A stretch of 64,000 nt of DNA from a virus. Below are positions 59,604 to 64,000 of this stretch, one piece after another. The stretch spans positions 96,001 through 160,000 of the IMG/VR virus record IMGVR_UViG_3300030060_007423; one strand, given 5' to 3'. Position numbers and translations under genes: made by a program. Numbering within the stretch: the stretch's first letter is position 1; every line of letters begins with the position of its first letter. Below the pieces are notes generated by a model that did not search any database, was not told the DNA's origin, and worked only from the letters and a program-made list of their open reading frames with translations.

Positions 59604-60668
59604 ATGTCATTTAAGTTTTTTGACCCAGTAAGTGATATAGTAACAGACATAGCATCTGCAACAGTAACAACAGGACTATTTGGTCCAGGTGATAGTGCAA
59701 GTCTTGGCTTTATGACTCAAAGTTTAACACAAGGTGATGCATCTGCATCGTACTTGGCAGTTTATCAAAAAAATCCATCTTTGGATGATTCAGCTGTACA
59801 ATTTTCAATTGCATTTGGTCATAGAGCTGGAAGTGGTTCTGTAAGACAATCTGGTGCAACTAAAGGCTTTTCACCAACAAGAGCAATATTTCAACAGTAT
59901 GCTAGTTTATTAGAAGATGCTCCATCATCAACAGCTGATACTGATATATATGGTGGCTCATTTACATGGGGTACCTCAAATGCTGGTGGTAATGGTGATA
60001 CTGAATTTACATCTTCGTTTTTCATAGCATATAATCGTGCAAGATATAAACAAAATCTTGAAGCAAAAAGTTTTCAACTTTGTTTAAGTGGTTCAGCATA
60101 TAATGTTGGAGGTTTAAGATTAATGGCTGATACATCTACAAAGTATACAGCAAATGGATTAATAAGATTTCCAATTAGGAGTGGTTCAGAAGATAGCCCA
60201 GTTGGAACAACACGAGCTTACGGTTGGATATATCCAGAAGTTGGTGTAGTTGTTTTAGACCCAGGTTCAATTAATGCATCATGTTCAATTGCAACTCCAC
60301 ACACAGACAATACAGATGATGGTGTACCATTAAAGGTATTAAAGGCAATACAATCAGGTTCAGGACAAATGACAAATGCACCTCACACGATGCAACAAAG
60401 AGCTGAGGAATCTGTAAAGAGTACATTCTATTTTGTTCGTGCAAACAACGGTGAATTTAATTATAGTCAAAACCCGTCGTTTTCAACAGGGTCAACTGGT
60501 GGAGGTTCATTAAGATATCCTGAATTTATATCAAACCCGTCTACTTACATTACGACAATTGGAATGTATAATGATAATAATGAACTTATTGCAATTGCGA
60601 AATTAAGTAAGCCACTTGAGAAAAGTTTTAACAGAGAAGCTCTTATTCGTGTAAAACTAGATTATTAA
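59604..60668 (+). CDS. Virion structural protein
   Basis: C-terminal YITTIGMYND.NEL.A.AKLS.P...VKLDY. Confidence 0.65.
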   Translation: MSFKFFDPVSDIVTDIASATVTTGLFGPGDSASLGFMTQSLTQGDASASYLAVYQKNPSLDDSAVQFSIAFGHRAGSGSVRQSGATKGFSPTRAIFQQYASLLEDAPSSTADTDIYGGSFTWGTSNAGGNGDTEFTSSFFIAYNRARYKQNLEAKSFQLCLSGSAYNVGGLRLMADTSTKYTANGLIRFPIRSGSEDSPVGTTRAYGWIYPEVGVVVLDPGSINASCSIATPHTDNTDDGVPLKVLKAIQSGSGQMTNAPHTMQQRAEESVKSTFYFVRANNGEFNYSQNPSFSTGSTGGGSLRYPEFISNPSTYITTIGMYNDNNELIAIAKLSKPLEKSFNREALIRVKLDY

Positions 60669-60689
60669 TACACTAAAGGAGGAAATTGA

Positions 60690-62045
60690 ATGTCAGTATT
60701 TAAGGACATACCCTCCGAAGATGTAAGTATAACAACTTATCTCTCTCATAAAAATTGGGAAATAAGTAGTTCAGTAGCAAGTTCATCTTATGGAGTCTTA
60801 ACGTTTTTAGCAAGAAGTGGTTCATTTGGAAAGGCTGAAAATTATACAGCACAAGGTACCACTAATACATACTATAATAAATTAGTTTGGGACTCTATCA
60901 ATCATCAATTCTATAACCCTCACAGAATAACACCAGAGTTTTTAGGTGTTGGTCAAGCATCGGCAAGTGGACAAGGTGACTTAGAATATTTAGATGGCTT
61001 TTTACCAAACACTGTAACCTTTTTGCAGGAATCTGCATCTGTCCTATCTATACCTCAACAATTATATGGTGATGAAATTAAAAAAGGAAGTTTATCTTTA
61101 GAGTCAGGTTCAGTAACACTTAGTGATGTTGACGGTAAAATCATGAGTGCATCTATTGAAGTTGGGGATATATTCTATAAACGAGGAATGGTTGTTATCA
61201 CACACCCATCAGCATCTGTACAAGATACACTTAATACTTACAATTTAAGATTTAAGGCTAGTCATCCAATTACACAACGTGAATATACTTGCAGAATTAT
61301 GGACAATGAATATAACCATACATTCAATCCAACTGCTAGAAATATTGATAATTTTGTTAGAACACGAGATGATTCTCACGTAACTGCTGGTACTAAAATA
61401 GATTTAGATTTGGCAACACCAATATTTGGAACAACTATTTTTGGAGATAGTGGGTCAATAAATAATATTGGAGAAAGAACAGCTATTGGTGATCTTTCAT
61501 TACAAACTTCATCAGGAAGTACTTCATTAAAAATTGCTACGACTGGAAATTCAACCGCATTCTTTATACCATTTAATACAACATATAATGATGCAGCAGC
61601 ATTTCCAAACACAAAAGAAACGCACTACGCATTAAGATTTAATTATGCTTATGGTAGTGGTAGTTTTAAGGTTAGATTAATTTCAAAATCAGGTGGACCA
61701 GTTGATACACTATTAACATTAACAGGTAGTAATAATGGAAATGAAATTACAACAACATTTACATCATCTGAAAATCACCTTTCATCAATAAGATTTGTAC
61801 CACAACAAAGTGGGTCATATGGTTTAATAGACAATGTTAAACTTGAAGAGATAACTCCAAACTCAACACAAGAGCGTTCAGAAAAATTAAAAGGGTTTAC
61901 ATCAAGTTCAACATGGACCCCATACATAACTTCTGTTGGTTTATATAATCCTTCAAATGAATTATTGGCTGTAGGTAAACTTGCAATACCTACAAAAAAA
62001 TCTATGGATTATGACATATCAATTGTTGTTAGGTTTGATTTATAA
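60690..62045 (+). CDS. Virion structural protein, paralogue of 59604
   Basis: C-terminal PYITSVGLYN..NELLAVGKL..P...VRFDL. Confidence 0.65.
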   Translation: MSVFKDIPSEDVSITTYLSHKNWEISSSVASSSYGVLTFLARSGSFGKAENYTAQGTTNTYYNKLVWDSINHQFYNPHRITPEFLGVGQASASGQGDLEYLDGFLPNTVTFLQESASVLSIPQQLYGDEIKKGSLSLESGSVTLSDVDGKIMSASIEVGDIFYKRGMVVITHPSASVQDTLNTYNLRFKASHPITQREYTCRIMDNEYNHTFNPTARNIDNFVRTRDDSHVTAGTKIDLDLATPIFGTTIFGDSGSINNIGERTAIGDLSLQTSSGSTSLKIATTGNSTAFFIPFNTTYNDAAAFPNTKETHYALRFNYAYGSGSFKVRLISKSGGPVDTLLTLTGSNNGNEITTTFTSSENHLSSIRFVPQQSGSYGLIDNVKLEEITPNSTQERSEKLKGFTSSSTWTPYITSVGLYNPSNELLAVGKLAIPTKKSMDYDISIVVRFDL

Positions 62046-62062
62046 ATAATAGGAAATAAGTT

Positions 62063-62467
62063 ATGGCTTGGAGAAGCAAATCAAAAGTTCGTCAGAACGC
62101 AATAAAGCATGGTTATAGAAGTGGGTTTGAACATAAAGTTGCAGACCAACTAACTGAATCCAAAACAAAATTTGAATATGAAACTACAGTTATTGGTTAT
62201 ATTAAACCACAAACAAATCATACATATACAATAGACTTTACATTGCCAAATGGTATACTTGTTGAAACAAAGGGAAGGTGGGTATTGGAGGACCGTAAAA
62301 AACATTTACTAATAAAGGAACAACATCCAGAATTAGATATACGAATTGTATTTCAAAGTGCAAAAGGTAAAATTAGAAAAGGTAGTAAAACAACATATGC
62401 TGATTTTTGCGACAAGCATGGTATAATTTGGGCAGAAAAAGAAATTCCAAAATCTTGGCTCAAATAA
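62063..62467 (+). CDS. T7 endonuclease I-like Holliday junction resolvase
   Basis: YRSGFE, YT.DF.LPNG..VETKG and DRKKHLLIKEQHPELDIR motifs. Confidence 0.9.
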   Translation: MAWRSKSKVRQNAIKHGYRSGFEHKVADQLTESKTKFEYETTVIGYIKPQTNHTYTIDFTLPNGILVETKGRWVLEDRKKHLLIKEQHPELDIRIVFQSAKGKIRKGSKTTYADFCDKHGIIWAEKEIPKSWLK

Positions 62468-62501
62468 TTTTATTTGTCAATAATTTTAGTTATATTACTA
62501 T

Positions 62502-63428
62502 ATGTCAAATTCAGAACTCAAAAGCTTATTAAATTCAGTATTGGGATATGGGCGGAATCTTAAAAACAATGAAGTTTCCCACCAATGCCCATTTTGTAAT
62601 CATCGTAAAAAGAAATTACAAATTAACCTAATGTCTCAACTTTGGCAATGTTGGGTATGTGGTGAAAAGGGACGAAAACTTGTTTCACTATTTCGAAAAC
62701 TAAAATTATCTTCTTCATATTTTGATAAACTTTCAGGTATACTTGGAGAAAGATTTGAGGGTACTAATAACATAGCTGAAAAATCAACTGATGTAAAACT
62801 TCCTATAGAATTTACAACATTTTTGGAAGGAAACAAACGAGACCCAGAATTTCGACATGCATTAAAATATTTAACAAAAACTAGGGGGTTAACATTAAAC
62901 GATATTGTAAAGTATAATATTGGTTATTGTGAAAAAGGTCCATATCGTGGAATGGTTATTATACCAAGTTATGATAAAGATGGAAATCTAAACTTTTTTA
63001 CAGGCAGAGCATACTATCCTAGTGCAACATTCAAACATAAAAATCCATCTGTGTCAAAAGACATAATTGGTTTTGAATTGTATATAAATTGGGATTTACC
63101 AATAACTATTGTTGAAGGAGCATTTGATGCTATAGCAATAAAGAGAAATGCAGTTCCACTATTTGGAAAAATAATATCAGAAAAACTAAAGCTAAGAATA
63201 TTTAGTGAAGGTGTTAAGGAAATAAATATTGCATTAGACAATGATGCAAAAAAAGATGCAATTAGAATTTCTGAATATTTTATCAACAATGGAATTACTG
63301 TAAACTTTATTGAAATGAATAATAGTGATCCTAGTGAAATAGGTTTTTCAAAAATGATGGATATAATAGACAAATCAGAACCCTTAGATTTTAGAAAAAT
63401 TATGGAGTATAAACTATATGACCGTTAA
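62502..63428 (+). CDS. DNA primase (Zn finger plus TOPRIM)
   Basis: CPFC...CWVC, VEG.FD, LDND and DP motifs. Confidence 0.85.
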   Translation: MSNSELKSLLNSVLGYGRNLKNNEVSHQCPFCNHRKKKLQINLMSQLWQCWVCGEKGRKLVSLFRKLKLSSSYFDKLSGILGERFEGTNNIAEKSTDVKLPIEFTTFLEGNKRDPEFRHALKYLTKTRGLTLNDIVKYNIGYCEKGPYRGMVIIPSYDKDGNLNFFTGRAYYPSATFKHKNPSVSKDIIGFELYINWDLPITIVEGAFDAIAIKRNAVPLFGKIISEKLKLRIFSEGVKEINIALDNDAKKDAIRISEYFINNGITVNFIEMNNSDPSEIGFSKMMDIIDKSEPLDFRKIMEYKLYDR

Positions 63429-64000
63429 AGAAATTGAACTTCCATTTGAAAAAATAAATAATATTGTACACATAGCAGACGTACATATTAGAAATTATAA
63501 AAGACACCGTGAATACAGGCAAGTATTTAGAAAACTATATAAAAAATTAAGGTCTACTCCAAAGGATACTTTAATCTATGTTGGTGGAGATATTGTTCAC
63601 ACTAAAACTGATATAAGTCCAGAACTTGTACAGATGGTTAGTGATTTTTTCAATACACTTGCAAACATACGACCAACAATTGTTATAACTGGAAATCATG
63701 ATGCAAATCTAAATAACAAGTCAAGAATGGATTCTCTTACACCAATTGTTAAAAATTTAGATAATCCAAATTTACATTACTTAAAAGATTCAGGTGTTTA
63801 TGTTTTAGGTGATTGTGCGTTTACAGTTATGTCCGTATTTGATGACCCATCTGATTATCTTAAATCATCTGCAAGTCCAAAGGGTAAAACAAAAATTGCA
63901 CTATATCATGGAACGGTTCACAATTCAGAAACTGATATTGGATATGTTGTTGACAATTTAGATGTTGAATTAAAAAAATTTACTGGATATGATTATGTAA
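63418..64000 (+). CDS. SbcD/Mre11 (gp47-like) metallophosphoesterase nuclease, 3'-truncated
   Basis: HIADVH, GGDIVH, GNHD and YHG motifs; open to window end. Confidence 0.88.
   Translation, partial: MTVKEIELPFEKINNIVHIADVHIRNYKRHREYRQVFRKLYKKLRSTPKDTLIYVGGDIVHTKTDISPELVQMVSDFFNTLANIRPTIVITGNHDANLNNKSRMDSLTPIVKNLDNPNLHYLKDSGVYVLGDCAFTVMSVFDDPSDYLKSSASPKGKTKIALYHGTVHNSETDIGYVVDNLDVELKKFTGYDYV

Noticed and set aside
1-64000. Minus-strand and nested alternative-frame ORFs in the track
   Set aside because: They are shadows of long + strand genes, with no recognisable motifs or initiation signals.
1-64000. Stop-codon reassignment (TAG/TGA), as in some large phages
   Set aside because: Code 11 gives dense full-length genes, TAG and TGA end genes right before the next start, and no suppressor tRNA was seen.

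Overview
64 kb of an AT-rich large or jumbo myovirus-like phage genome, with essentially all real genes on the + strand and the standard genetic code. The host is inferred to be Bacteroidota (probably Flavobacteriales), from a T9SS C-terminal sorting domain, TAnnTTT-type promoters, a DUF4494-like protein and a Bacteroidota-style tmRNA tag. Layout: (i) 1-17.5 kb, a cell-wall enzyme, a secreted T9SS/outer-membrane module and about 15 proteins sharing an N-terminal M(I)KLxxILxE motif and LxE/VNE linkers, probably head-packaged, protease-processed cargo. (ii) 17.5-39 kb, early and metabolic genes (nucleotidase, DNA ligase, dCMP deaminase, MoxR AAA+/vWA pair, SET domain, GIY-YIG, UvsE) behind a repeated promoter cassette, plus tRNA-Arg(TCT). 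(iii) 39-47 kb, a circularly permuted (two-piece) tmRNA, Hsp20, ClpP, lysozyme, HD protein and gp55-like late sigma factor. (iv) 47-62 kb, baseplate and tail genes. (v) 62-64 kb, endonuclease I, primase and an SbcD-like nuclease. Most notable: the permuted tmRNA; three genes each enclosed by an inverted repeat pairing the 5' and 3' flanks; a pair of inverted GC-rich elements bracketing 27.6-34.2 kb; the capsid-targeting-like cargo family; a pervasive [S/T]-[G/A/S]-S motif in structural proteins; and SD-less early versus SD-led late genes. All calls come from reading motifs by eye; no database searches were run.
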